Below the pieces are notes generated by a model, which was not told the origin of the DNA, did no database searches, and saw only the letters and a list, made by a program, of their open reading frames with translations. The translations under genes and the position numbers were made by a program. Shown piece after piece: positions 18,957 through 28,233 of a DNA stretch of 64,000 nucleotides (position 1 is its first letter; each line of letters starts with the position of its first letter). This stretch comes from an uncultured virus (IMG/VR IMGVR_UViG_3300031087_000494) (lineage: Duplodnaviria > Heunggongvirae > Uroviricota > Caudoviricetes), in IMG/VR virus record IMGVR_UViG_3300031087_000494; one strand, 5' to 3'.

Positions 18957-19029
18957 TGCCTTCGACGGGACTCGAACCCGCAACCTGGAGTTTTAGAGGC
19001 TCTCGCTCTACCAATTGAGCTACAAAGGC
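18957..19029 (-). tRNA. tRNA with CUA anticodon (amber suppressor), CCA not encoded
   Basis: Cloverleaf GCCTTTG/CGAAGGC-A, D-arm GCTC/GAGC, loop CT-CTA-AA, T-arm GCGGG-TTCGAGT-CCCGT. Confidence 0.85.
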
Positions 19030-19041
19030 GTGTTGCAGAAC

Positions 19042-19070
19042 ACTCTATCACACCGGCTTAGCCCATGCAA
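19042..19070 (-). promoter_or_regulatory. SigA-type promoter of the tRNA-Pth2 operon
   Basis: Minus strand TTGCAT-17nt-TAGAGT. Confidence 0.7.
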
Positions 19071-19129
19071 CATCCTGGTAGGACTTTTTCGCAGTTGCCA
19101 TAGGAACGCTTCCCATATAGGATGGTCCT

Positions 19130-19654
19130 ATGTCAACCAATCAGACTCCCGATGATCGCTCGATCTACGGTGGATACCGGGCAACGCTCAAGGGCATCTA
19201 CCGGGGACCGAAGACGCGAGCCGGTGCTCGAAAGCAGGAAGCCCTGCGTATCACTGCCGAACGCTACAAGGTGCCGATCTCCACGGTGAAGGCCATCGTT
19301 CGAGAGCAGGATGCCAAGGAAGGCATCGTTCACGAGCCCACCGCCAACCTCATGGAACGGCGGCGAATCGAAGAGCTCTACAGCGAGGAGCTCACTCGCG
19401 TGCTCGCTACCAATCCGGAGCGTAGCTGCTCCCACTGCGGTGGTAGGGCCGACGACGAGATCGAGCTCCGCACCGGCGGGACCATGGAGCGCGGTGCTTC
19501 GAAGCTCCGGCTCGATCCGGGCCACTACCGGAAGACCGGCGAGGCTCGCTTCATCGATGCCTGTCTTCCCTGCTGGGTCATCGAGTTCGGCTACAGCGGC
19601 GCAAGCAGCGACAAGAATCCTCAGCCCCTGGTCTGGTCTCCCCAGACCGTTTGA
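19130..19654 (+). CDS. Hypothetical protein, CxxC..CxxC (leaderless)
   Basis: TAGGAT -10 element 6 nt before ATG. Confidence 0.7.
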   Translation: MSTNQTPDDRSIYGGYRATLKGIYRGPKTRAGARKQEALRITAERYKVPISTVKAIVREQDAKEGIVHEPTANLMERRRIEELYSEELTRVLATNPERSCSHCGGRADDEIELRTGGTMERGASKLRLDPGHYRKTGEARFIDACLPCWVIEFGYSGASSDKNPQPLVWSPQTV

Positions 19655-19691
19655 CATCCCTTAGATCATACAGTAAGCACAGGAGTGAACC

Positions 19692-20300
19692 ATGCCGCGA
19701 CAGGCTAGCTATCCCGCCATCTTCAAGTTCGAAGAGAAGTACGGCGACGAGATCTACATCGTTCAGTCGGAGGACGAGGTCAACCGGGTCGCGGTGGCTA
19801 AGATCCGAGAGCGCTACGCAGAGGGCTGGTACATCAAGGCCAGCGACTACGAGGACGAGCTCAACCGCGCCCTGGATCGGCTCATCAAGGAACACGATCT
19901 CGACTTCGAGAAGGCTCCCCGGACCCTGGAGGCGCTCCACGAGCTCAAGGGAGACGATGACCAGGCATCTGTGGCAGCTCTCTTCGGCATGGATGTGGAC
20001 ATCCTGAAGGCGCTCCCCGCACCCATGCGCGAGAAGCTCGTCGAGAAGGCCAAGTCCTTCGTGAAGAAGTTCAGCTCCACCATCAGGAACTACAGCGCTG
20101 AGATCGAGGACGCCCGGGACATCGAGCTCATCGCCCACAGTGAGCGGGCGCAGGATCTTCAGAAGGAGTACCGCGGTCGGACCACCAATCTCGCTCGCTG
20201 GATCCTCAACTCCCGCAAGGACCACGAGTACGAGAACTACGAGATCGATCAGCCCCAGCTCGCTCCCACCGAAGAGCAGATCGAGGCCGGCCGGCTCTAG
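19692..20300 (+). CDS. Hypothetical protein
   Basis: AGGAG RBS, strong codon bias. Confidence 0.8.
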   Translation: MPRQASYPAIFKFEEKYGDEIYIVQSEDEVNRVAVAKIRERYAEGWYIKASDYEDELNRALDRLIKEHDLDFEKAPRTLEALHELKGDDDQASVAALFGMDVDILKALPAPMREKLVEKAKSFVKKFSSTIRNYSAEIEDARDIELIAHSERAQDLQKEYRGRTTNLARWILNSRKDHEYENYEIDQPQLAPTEEQIEAGRL

Positions 20301-20323
20301 GGCCACCCCAGAAGGAGATTCCC

Positions 20324-21094
20324 ATGGTCCTACCCATCGAAGCGGGCTACCGTGTGAGCGAGAATCCGATCTACTCGGAGAAGCAGTTCTCACGCTTCGC
20401 CACAGAGCTTCCCGACACCTACATCGAGGTCTTCGAGCCACCGGAGCCCGGAGCCGGTAGCTTCGCCAACTACATCGACGCCTACAATGGGATCCGAGAG
20501 AAGCTTCGCGAACAGGACTACGAGAAGTACATCCCGGAGATCGTGGACAGCGACGAGGAAGACCATTGGGTTGCCTTCGCTGTGGTCGAGGGCGGCTACA
20601 CCCTGGATGAGCTCGCTCTCAGCCACCCCAACGGCATCGGAGGTCGAGACTGGGCCTGGATCATCAGCCGGGTGCTCACCGTGCTGATCTACGCGGAGCG
20701 ACAGCCTGATCTCAGGCTGGAGAACTTCCTCGTTCACCCTCTCGGCCACGGAGTCATCCTCCTGGGCTGGCAACCCGAAGAGGATCCGACGAGCTTCCCC
20801 CTGGACAATCTCGCTAAGCTCATCGCCGTCTACTCGGACGGCTCCAGGGAGAGCGACGAGATTCAGACCTTCATCCGCCAGGCGGGCAGGGACTACAAGA
20901 AGAACCGGGTGGGCCATCTCGATCTCAAGGTTGACAGCTCCGGAAGCGATCTCCTGAGCTACCAGCGCATCCTCATGGAGTTCCAGCTCAAGCTCCATCG
21001 GATCTACGGCGCCCGCAAGTTCCACGAGCTCACGGTGAACGAGCTCTCGGCTCCCTACCTCAGCCGGGAGAGCGAAGTGCTCCAGGACGGCTGA
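20324..21094 (+). CDS. Degenerate protein-kinase-like protein
   Basis: GYTL.EL..HP.GI..RDWAWI..RVL..L..ENFLVHP.GHGVILLGW resembles the actinobacterial DnaJ-kinase found with vWA/PurA-like genes. Confidence 0.55.
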   Translation: MVLPIEAGYRVSENPIYSEKQFSRFATELPDTYIEVFEPPEPGAGSFANYIDAYNGIREKLREQDYEKYIPEIVDSDEEDHWVAFAVVEGGYTLDELALSHPNGIGGRDWAWIISRVLTVLIYAERQPDLRLENFLVHPLGHGVILLGWQPEEDPTSFPLDNLAKLIAVYSDGSRESDEIQTFIRQAGRDYKKNRVGHLDLKVDSSGSDLLSYQRILMEFQLKLHRIYGARKFHELTVNELSAPYLSRESEVLQDG

Positions 21095-21244
21095 TCGCTC
21101 AGTGACAGCCTAAGCCCTCTGAGCAGGGACCATGAGCGATCCGACGGGAAAGGGCTCCAGGACGCTCAGGGAGGCTCCTACTGTCAGTGGGCTGTGTTCA
21201 GCTGCCAGTTGTGCTCAAGAAGATCATGGTGTAGGATTGGACTC

Positions 21245-21553
21245 ATGGAAAACACCGACCAGAAGAACCCCGACCTCGATGCGCTCGTCACCCACGCAAT
21301 CGTCGAGCTCCTCGTCAGCCCCGAGTACAGTCAAGACTGGCTCCGGGAGCTCGTGGCCGAAGACGAACGCGATCTCACCGACGGAGAGGTTGAGGTCGTA
21401 GATACCGCCGTCAACCGAATCCTGGACCAGCTCGTGATCCCCTTCGTGGAGTCCCTCCCCGAGGCCACCCGCGGGGTCTACGAGAACATCCTGAAGCGCC
21501 GGGACGCCGAAGCCTACCCCCTGAAGGACGAGGTTCCATTCCTTGAGCGCTAA
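21245..21553 (+). CDS. Hypothetical protein (leaderless)
   Basis: TAGGAT -10 element then ATG. Confidence 0.7.
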   Translation: MENTDQKNPDLDALVTHAIVELLVSPEYSQDWLRELVAEDERDLTDGEVEVVDTAVNRILDQLVIPFVESLPEATRGVYENILKRRDAEAYPLKDEVPFLER

Positions 21554-21696
21554 AACAGCAGAGAGCGGCGAGGCTAGAGGTCTGTGGACTTCCGGTTTCG
21601 CCGCTCTTTGCTGTTTTCGCCGGCTTTGGCACCCGAAAAGGTGCCAATAGGCAGGTCAGAAAGCGAAACATGAACGGCGTTTCCGATTTGACCGCC
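21552..21696 (+). other. Three consecutive hairpins (terminator plus possible structured RNA)
   Basis: Stems 21552-21617, 21626-21647, 21650-21696; G-U wobbles favour plus strand. Confidence 0.45.
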
Positions 21697-21864
21697 AGTT
21701 TCTAACTTCATACAGTTGTACTCATCGCCGCGACCTACCTCCAGGTCCTCCGAATCCCAAAGTAAGCTCCACGCTGTTTCCGAAAGGGCCTTCCCATGGT
21801 CTCCCCCTCCGCATCCCGAGGCAATACCCATCACATCTCCCTGAGCTCCAGCTCACGCAGCCCG

Positions 21865-22494
21865 ATGGCCCTTCCCATCGTGCTCCTCCGGGACAAAAAC
21901 CAGGACCTGAGCCACGAACAGTGCCTCCTCGCGTCCTTCGCCCACATGGCCAAGCTCGTGGAGCTTCGCGAATCGGAGTCCTGGAGCCAGGACTGGCAGG
22001 AGCCCTGGGATCGCTGGAAGACCGGGAAGTTCCGGAAGATCGTCAAGCGAGCCAATCCGCAGCGCTTCACCGGACTCATCGAGGACCCGCAGTCCATTCA
22101 CAGCGCTATCCGAGTCGGAGACGAGCTCATCGAGCTCCTGAGCTTCCCGCCCTACGAGCTCTCTGACCAGGATCCTCGAGTCAAGCCTCTCCAGGTCGCG
22201 GGGCTCGACTATCCGAAGCACGATACAGTTCAGTCTCCGTCTAAGGAGGAGCTCATCCTGGCCTACGACGGTGCGCTGGGAGCCTCCACCGGCAAGATGA
22301 TGGCTCAGGCCGCCCACGCCGCTCAGATCCTCAAGCTTCGCTTCCCGGAGATCCAGCCCTCCATCGAGACCATGAGCGTGGTCAACAGCTTCGATCAGGA
22401 TGCTGTTGAGTGGCTCGTGGAGGTCGTGGATGCTGGCTTCACCGAGGTGGCCCCCAACTCAATCACCGTGAAGATCGGTCGCCGCAGGGGCTGA
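21865..22494 (+). CDS. Actinobacterial-type Pth2 peptidyl-tRNA hydrolase
   Basis: RKIVKRA, PLQVAG, STGKMMAQAAHAAQ, VVDAGFTEVAP. Confidence 0.8.
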   Translation: MALPIVLLRDKNQDLSHEQCLLASFAHMAKLVELRESESWSQDWQEPWDRWKTGKFRKIVKRANPQRFTGLIEDPQSIHSAIRVGDELIELLSFPPYELSDQDPRVKPLQVAGLDYPKHDTVQSPSKEELILAYDGALGASTGKMMAQAAHAAQILKLRFPEIQPSIETMSVVNSFDQDAVEWLVEVVDAGFTEVAPNSITVKIGRRRG

Positions 22495-22510
22495 TCGGTA
22501 CCATAGGATC

Positions 22511-23068
22511 ATGGCCACAGACGGAAGCGAGCAAACCATGAGCGAGGACAGGCAAATCCTCTCCTTCTCCGAGGAGAACCGATGGCTGTCGAACTTCTGG
22601 GTAGCGCCCATCGAGCTCGAAGCCTTCGGTGAGCGCCACCGCTTCGACTCCACCGAGCAGCTCTTCCAGATGGCGAAGCTCGAGTTCGCCGAGACTGAGC
22701 GCGAGGAGCGCCGGGAGCTCTTCGATCAGGTCGCAACCCTGGACACTCCGGGAAAGACCAAGCGCTTCGGCCGTAAGATCCCCAACCTCAATGTGCCCGC
22801 CTGGAATCTTCACCGGGATCGAGCAATGGGTCGGGCCATCCGGGCGAAGTTCAGCCAGCATGCCGATCTTCGAGAGAAGCTCCTCAGCCTCGAGGGCTAC
22901 TACCTCGAGGAAGGCAATCACTGGGGCGACCGCTACTGGGGAGTCGATGGAACTGGCGAGAACCGGCTCGGTAGGCTTCTCATGGAGCTCCGGGATCGCT
23001 GGCTCGCTCAGCGCAGTGAAACCCCTCACTGGGACCCCAGGTTCTACATCCCCCACTACTTCGGCTAA
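22511..23068 (+). CDS. NADAR (YbiA-like) protein
   Basis: WLSNFW, STEQLFQMAK, KFSQH.DLREKLL, LEEGNHWGDRYWG, GENRLGRLLMELR. Confidence 0.9.
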   Translation: MATDGSEQTMSEDRQILSFSEENRWLSNFWVAPIELEAFGERHRFDSTEQLFQMAKLEFAETEREERRELFDQVATLDTPGKTKRFGRKIPNLNVPAWNLHRDRAMGRAIRAKFSQHADLREKLLSLEGYYLEEGNHWGDRYWGVDGTGENRLGRLLMELRDRWLAQRSETPHWDPRFYIPHYFG

Positions 23069-23100
23069 AGGCCACAGGACTGCACACAGGAGGTAAGCAG

Positions 23101-23988
23101 ATGACCCAGAAGGTCTATGTCTTCGGGGACACAGGCGGCCACGGACTGCAGCTTTTTGCGAGCCTTCAGGAGATCGGCGTGGACCTTGAGAAGCGCACCA
23201 TCCCCGAGGGCGTGCTCATCGTTCACCTCGGCGACCTCATCCACCGGGGACCCTACAGCAACACCATCGTAGGCCTCGTGGACGATCTCATCCGCAACAG
23301 CCCCGGCCAGTGGCTCCAAGTCCTCGGCAACCACGAGTCTCAGCATCTGAAGCAGGGTATCTCCTTCTGGGCCTGTGACTGCAACGGCTATACAGTGGAG
23401 ATCCTCCAGGACTGGTACGACAGCCGCACTGCTCGCATCGCCTGGGCCATCGAGGATGTGCTCCCCCAGCGCTGGACCGAGGGCAATCGGCCTCTCGGTC
23501 AGGAGGAGCTCATCGGCTCCTTCCTTGCCACCCACGGTGGCCTGACCTTCCCGGTCTGGAAGAACCTGGGTGGGCCGCAGTCGGCCAGGGAGGCAGCCGA
23601 TCTCCTCGTGGAGAACTCCGACTGGGCTATGCAGTCCGTCGGCGAGGCCATGGGCATGCAGCGCTTCGGCGTCGTCGGCCCCGTCTGGGCTCGAGCTGCT
23701 GGCGAGACCCACGCCTACTGGGAGATGGCTCACCGCAAGGACGGGGAAAGGATGCCCTTCGGTCAGCTCATCGGCCACAGCGCCCCATTCTACTTCTCAA
23801 AGGATACCTGGTACGCCAACACTCCCATGGAGTTCCGACGCAATGCCAAGGTGCTCAAGGATGAGCTCCGCACCGTAGTCTTCGTCGCCGACAGTGCCAT
23901 CATCTGCATGGATCCTGGCTACGGCGAGTACCTCAATCCCCAGGAGCACCCCAAGCAGCCCTACCTCACCTTCGAAACCAAAGTCTAG
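23101..23988 (+). CDS. Calcineurin-like metallophosphoesterase
   Basis: GD..GH, HLGDLIHRGP, LGNHE, THGG, GHS. Confidence 0.85.
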   Translation: MTQKVYVFGDTGGHGLQLFASLQEIGVDLEKRTIPEGVLIVHLGDLIHRGPYSNTIVGLVDDLIRNSPGQWLQVLGNHESQHLKQGISFWACDCNGYTVEILQDWYDSRTARIAWAIEDVLPQRWTEGNRPLGQEELIGSFLATHGGLTFPVWKNLGGPQSAREAADLLVENSDWAMQSVGEAMGMQRFGVVGPVWARAAGETHAYWEMAHRKDGERMPFGQLIGHSAPFYFSKDTWYANTPMEFRRNAKVLKDELRTVVFVADSAIICMDPGYGEYLNPQEHPKQPYLTFETKV

Positions 23989-24003
23989 AGAAAGAAGCTA
24001 CCC

Positions 24004-24546
24004 ATGAACCTCACCATCGGAGATCCAGTTCCGGCCACTGCTCTAGCCAATCGCTACTCGGTCGAGATCGAGGTCATGAGCGGAGACGGAGACGACTACG
24101 AGAAGTTCACCGTCTTCGGCTTCCAGCCCGGTGTGGATGAGGGGCTCCTCAGCAACCTCCTCGGACTCCTCGACAGCCTTCGGGAGTTCTACCCCCACGG
24201 CCGAGGCGGCGGGGAAGAGTACAGCTACACCAAGGTTCCCGGATTCGAGCCCTGGTTCGGTGGAACGAGCCTAGATCACGCCGAAGAGGAGTGGCTCTAC
24301 ACTCCAAAGTCGCAGGAGGAATGGCTAGAGCTCATCGACCTTGGCAGGCGCGTGGAAGCCTTCCAGGAAGGTGTACGAGAGCGGGCGCTGCGGCTTCAGG
24401 CCAAGATCGACGCGATGCCTGAGTGGCCCAGCGATGTGACCACTCTCTATGCCTACGACACCCACGGAGAGGCTACCTTCCAGTCCTACCGAGTCTTCTT
24501 CCACGATGAGAACCTGGTCAAGCGCGAGGTCCAGGTGGACTTCTAG
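24004..24546 (+). CDS. Hypothetical protein
   Basis: ORF with typical codon usage. Confidence 0.75.
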   Translation: MNLTIGDPVPATALANRYSVEIEVMSGDGDDYEKFTVFGFQPGVDEGLLSNLLGLLDSLREFYPHGRGGGEEYSYTKVPGFEPWFGGTSLDHAEEEWLYTPKSQEEWLELIDLGRRVEAFQEGVRERALRLQAKIDAMPEWPSDVTTLYAYDTHGEATFQSYRVFFHDENLVKREVQVDF

Positions 24547-24549
24547 CCC

Positions 24550-25347
24550 ATGGCGGTAGACTTTCATCTCGACGGAGCGAGTCAGTCGCTGATCTACGAC
24601 TCGCCTCTCCTCGAAGCTCAGATCATCGAGAGGCCCAACCGCTATGTGGCTCAGGTGGCAGCACCTGATGGAACTGTCCATCGATGCTTCGTGCCGGTGG
24701 GCGGTCGCATCGGCGGACTGACTCTGGATGGGCTGCCCTGCCTCCTCTCGGGTCCCTACGCCAAGGGTGCAACGAGCCATACGGTGGAGGCCATTGGAAG
24801 CCACTACGACCGGGACCACGAGGACTTCCAGTGGATCGGCATCAACCAGGGAGCCAGCAACCGCTATGTGGGCAGCCTGCTCGCAGCCGACCTTCTGCCG
24901 GAGCTCTCTCGGGGCATCCCTCGGGACACACTCCGACGGGAGCGTAAGCTCGCTGGCAAGCGCATCGACTTCTCCCTGGGCGCCGGCGAACCACCGGAGC
25001 TCTGGGTCGAGGTCAAGACACCCCTGATCTCAGTGCTCGCGGAGCTCGACAGCGGCATCCCCATCAAGACCGACTTCAGTGGGGGTGCGCCTTCCCAGCG
25101 CATGCCGGAGCAGTTCCTGGAGCTCGCCAAGGATCGGGCCAGGGGGAGCCGGGTGGTCTTCCTCGGCGTCTTCGGCTACCAGGCACTTTCAACTGTGAGC
25201 AGGGAGGAGCGCTTCCGGGCCAACCTCAATCTCGACGGGCTCGTGGATCGGGGACTGGAGCTCGGCATGGAATTCGGAGAGCTCGAGCTCTCTCAGAACG
25301 CCCGGGGCTTGGAGTCTCGAGGCTATCGAAGACTCTTCGAGAAGTAG
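24550..25347 (+). CDS. SfsA-like PD-(D/E)xK nuclease
   Basis: ERPNRYVA OB-fold start, RIDF, WVEVKT. Confidence 0.75.
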   Translation: MAVDFHLDGASQSLIYDSPLLEAQIIERPNRYVAQVAAPDGTVHRCFVPVGGRIGGLTLDGLPCLLSGPYAKGATSHTVEAIGSHYDRDHEDFQWIGINQGASNRYVGSLLAADLLPELSRGIPRDTLRRERKLAGKRIDFSLGAGEPPELWVEVKTPLISVLAELDSGIPIKTDFSGGAPSQRMPEQFLELAKDRARGSRVVFLGVFGYQALSTVSREERFRANLNLDGLVDRGLELGMEFGELELSQNARGLESRGYRRLFEK

Positions 25348-25435
25348 CTGAGTTGTAGCCATGCTTTCACTGTGATAGCATGGTGATGATCGGAGATCGG
25401 ATGGTCTTCGGCAACCACAGTAAAGGAGAAGCACC

Positions 25436-26278
25436 ATGGGTGCAGGAGCGTTCAACGCAGCAACATACCATCAGGCCGCAGCGACTCGAGCAGCAACGGG
25501 TCAGGCCGACTTCGCCTACACCGAGACACAGCGCTCGGTTCCCCGTAACCAGAGGAAGGCCTCGGCTGTCCTCGATGTGAACGGCGTCAAGCTCCGGGAG
25601 TCGCGGGATTCCGCTGAACACCCCGAGAGCACTCCCATCGTCACCCTCTTCGATGTGACCGGATCCATGCGGGCCGTTCCGGTGACGCTTCAGAAGAAGC
25701 TCGGCGACCTCTTCGGCATCCTCGAGCGGGGCTCCTATGTGAAGGATCCCCAGATCATGGTGGGCGCCATCGGAGACGATGTCTACGACTCGGTTCCCAT
25801 CCAGATCGGTCAGTTCGAGTCCGACAACCGGGTGGACGACCAGCTCCGAGAGGTCTTCCTCGAGGGCGGTGGAGGCGGCGACAAGCGCGAGGGCTACGCT
25901 CTCGCTGCCCACTTCATCAACGAGCATGTGGAGACCGACGCCTGGGTGAAGCGCCAGAAGAAGGGCTACCTCTTCATCATCGGCGACGAGCTCAACAAGG
26001 ATCGGCTCTACAGCCGCTCGATCTCCAAGTGGCTCGGCTCGGATGACACCGGCGAGGACATCGCTGTGGAGGCGGTCTACGAGAAGCTCAAGGAGAAGTG
26101 GGAAGTCTTCTTCATCCTTCCGAACCTCACTTCCTACTACAACGACTCGGAGGTCGAGCGCCACTGGAGCGGCCTCCTCGGAGAGCGCTTCGTGAAGCTC
26201 GACAACCCGGACACGGTGGCCGACTTCATCGCGACCACCATCGCCAACCACGAAGAGGCGCTCGAGCTCCAGGCCTAG
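25436..26278 (+). CDS. vWA-domain protein
   Basis: ESRDSAEHPESTPI..FDVTGSM, QIGQFESD, LEGGGGG, KGYLFIIGDE. Confidence 0.85.
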   Translation: MGAGAFNAATYHQAAATRAATGQADFAYTETQRSVPRNQRKASAVLDVNGVKLRESRDSAEHPESTPIVTLFDVTGSMRAVPVTLQKKLGDLFGILERGSYVKDPQIMVGAIGDDVYDSVPIQIGQFESDNRVDDQLREVFLEGGGGGDKREGYALAAHFINEHVETDAWVKRQKKGYLFIIGDELNKDRLYSRSISKWLGSDDTGEDIAVEAVYEKLKEKWEVFFILPNLTSYYNDSEVERHWSGLLGERFVKLDNPDTVADFIATTIANHEEALELQA

Positions 26279-26301
26279 TCCTCAGGCTCTAGCCTTTCTC
26301 A

Positions 26302-26343
26302 GAGGGGCTCTTCGGTACCGTACCGGGGAGCCCCTCGCTCTTT
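26302..26343 (+). terminator. Terminator hairpin
   Basis: GAGGGGCTCTTCGGTA/TACCGGGGAGCCCCTC then CTCTTT. Confidence 0.6.
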
Positions 26344-26366
26344 GTCGCGGTACCGAAGGAGACCCA

Positions 26367-27041
26367 ATGGAACTCGACCAGCTAAAGCCCATCGGCGCCT
26401 GGGGCAGCATGCACGGCAACGAGGACTACCTCACCAACATGACTCCAGTCTTCAGGGACGCTGACGGTACTCCCTACACCACTAGCGTTGCTGCAGGACC
26501 CTGGACGCTGAGCGATCTCAAGGACATCCGCGGTCAGGAAGACTACTTCTTCGACTATCCCGAACTCGTAACCCTCGCCCGTACTGAGCTCCGAGAGAGC
26601 TGGTATCTCTGGATCGTTGGGCCGAACCTTCGGAACAGACTGCAGGAAGCTGGCATCAGCTGGCGGGATCATCTTCCGGGACCCTACGCCCTGGGCGGGC
26701 TCCACGGCTTTCCTTGCTTCGCTGCAACCACCGAGGAAGCCCACGGGCTCCGGGACAGCCTACTCGGCGAGCTCGACGCTATCTGGCTTCCCGTGCTCCA
26801 GGATGTCGAGCTCAAGAGCGAGAGCACGGATAGAGCTATCTCCACTGCTCAAAACCTCGACTACGACGCTCGCCTCTGGGATCGGCTGAGCTACTATTAC
26901 CTTACGGGTGATGAGCGGATGCTGAACAGGGAACTCCGCTTCCAGGAACTTCGATGGCGAAGAGAGAACAGCTCCTTCGATAGGGAATGGGCAAGGAAGC
27001 GGATCGAGAAGCACCTCCGAGGGCTCAGGTCAGCCTCTTAG
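26367..27041 (+). CDS. Hypothetical protein
   Basis: AAGGAG RBS. Confidence 0.75.
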   Translation: MELDQLKPIGAWGSMHGNEDYLTNMTPVFRDADGTPYTTSVAAGPWTLSDLKDIRGQEDYFFDYPELVTLARTELRESWYLWIVGPNLRNRLQEAGISWRDHLPGPYALGGLHGFPCFAATTEEAHGLRDSLLGELDAIWLPVLQDVELKSESTDRAISTAQNLDYDARLWDRLSYYYLTGDERMLNRELRFQELRWRRENSSFDREWARKRIEKHLRGLRSAS

Positions 27042-27063
27042 ACCCCTCGAAAGGACTTCACAG

Positions 27064-27606
27064 ATGGCAGACAACCTCGACCTGAGCTTCTTCGAAAGGC
27101 TACGCTTCGGCCTCGGTAAGAACACCGTGCGTATCCTCATGGATCTCGATGGAGCCGTAGCTCCTGAGGGTAGGCTTCCCGAGGGGAGCTACAGGACCTT
27201 CTCGGGAAGCGGCTACGCCAGCTGGAGGGTCCGCAATGAGGTACTTCAGTGGCTCAAGGAGCGCAGGGAAGACGAGCGAGTCGAGCTCATCTGGAGCACC
27301 ACCTGGCAGGGCTATGCCAACAGCATTCTCGAAGAGCTGGGTCTAGAGCCCGTCGAGTGGATCAGCTTCGATGAGACCTACCAGAATCCGGGCGACTGGT
27401 ACAAGCGAGACGGGCTCCGGCTCTTCCTTGAGGATGCACCCGATCCCATCGTGCTCATCGATGATGAGCTTCCACCGGCCTTCCTGACCCTGCGGAATCC
27501 TCGGATCCTCCCCATCAAGACCGACAGTCTCACTGGGCTCACCGACGAGGATCTCAGGCGCATCGACAGCTTCATCGATGACTACCGGGATCGGAAGATC
27601 CGATGA
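27064..27606 (+). CDS. HAD-family phosphatase (Swiss-army-knife RNA-repair type)
   Basis: DLDG, WSTTW, K, IDDE, GLT. Confidence 0.8.
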   Translation: MADNLDLSFFERLRFGLGKNTVRILMDLDGAVAPEGRLPEGSYRTFSGSGYASWRVRNEVLQWLKERREDERVELIWSTTWQGYANSILEELGLEPVEWISFDETYQNPGDWYKRDGLRLFLEDAPDPIVLIDDELPPAFLTLRNPRILPIKTDSLTGLTDEDLRRIDSFIDDYRDRKIR

Positions 27607-28013
27607 GCTCCGAGAAGCCCTCCGAGGAAGGCTGGGACCTTGGAGATGAGCTCGGCCAGGGTGGCTGCGTGATCGATGGGCTACCAGATCTCAATAGCTC
27701 CGGAGGCTGTGGCACCATCGCGCTTGAGCGCTCCATGGGCATAGGTATCTGGAGAGGCCCCTCTGAGGTCGATGTGATGGTGGAGCTCCTTCGAGAGGAG
27801 TTCTCTGAGGTCATCGAGGGGCTGAATCTCCCAGAGACTCATGACTTCACGGGCTATCTCATCAGAAACATGGCTTGGGATCGCCAGAACCTGGACCCCG
27901 AAGACCCTGAGATGAGGCCAGCCGTGAAGAAAGTCATCGAGGAGCTCCAGGCAGACGGGAGCCTCCGAAGACTTGCGGAGGAGTGGATTCTGAGGCACCG
28001 AAGGCTCTGGTAG
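27603..28013 (+). CDS. Hypothetical protein
   Basis: ATGA overlap with upstream gene. Confidence 0.65.
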   Translation: MSSEKPSEEGWDLGDELGQGGCVIDGLPDLNSSGGCGTIALERSMGIGIWRGPSEVDVMVELLREEFSEVIEGLNLPETHDFTGYLIRNMAWDRQNLDPEDPEMRPAVKKVIEELQADGSLRRLAEEWILRHRRLW

Positions 28014-28060
28014 CCCGGGGAAAGTTGCGAGACTACGCGGTTCCGTGTACCATTGGATCC

Positions 28061-28231
28061 ATGGAACCGATCGATTCGCAGGATCTCATCAGCCTGTCAG
28101 AAGAGCAGCGCGAGGACGATGTCTTCGGCAAGGCGCCGCAGCCCTGGCAGCTTCGTAACAACTGGGTCAAGCCCAAGCGCAAGCGTAAGCCTCGCAGGGT
28201 CGAGATCGACATCTGGGCCGAGGAGTCCTAA
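28061..28231 (+). CDS. Small hypothetical protein (leaderless)
   Basis: TACCAT -10 element before ATG. Confidence 0.55.
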   Translation: MEPIDSQDLISLSEEQREDDVFGKAPQPWQLRNNWVKPKRKRKPRRVEIDIWAEES

Positions 28232-28233
28232 CC

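Noticed and set aside
18957..19029. Genome-wide TAG recoding or a pyrrolysine system
   Set aside because: Many intact genes end in TAG at sensible boundaries, long genes lack internal TAGs, no pyl genes are seen, and the tRNA has a canonical rather than tRNA-Pyl architecture.
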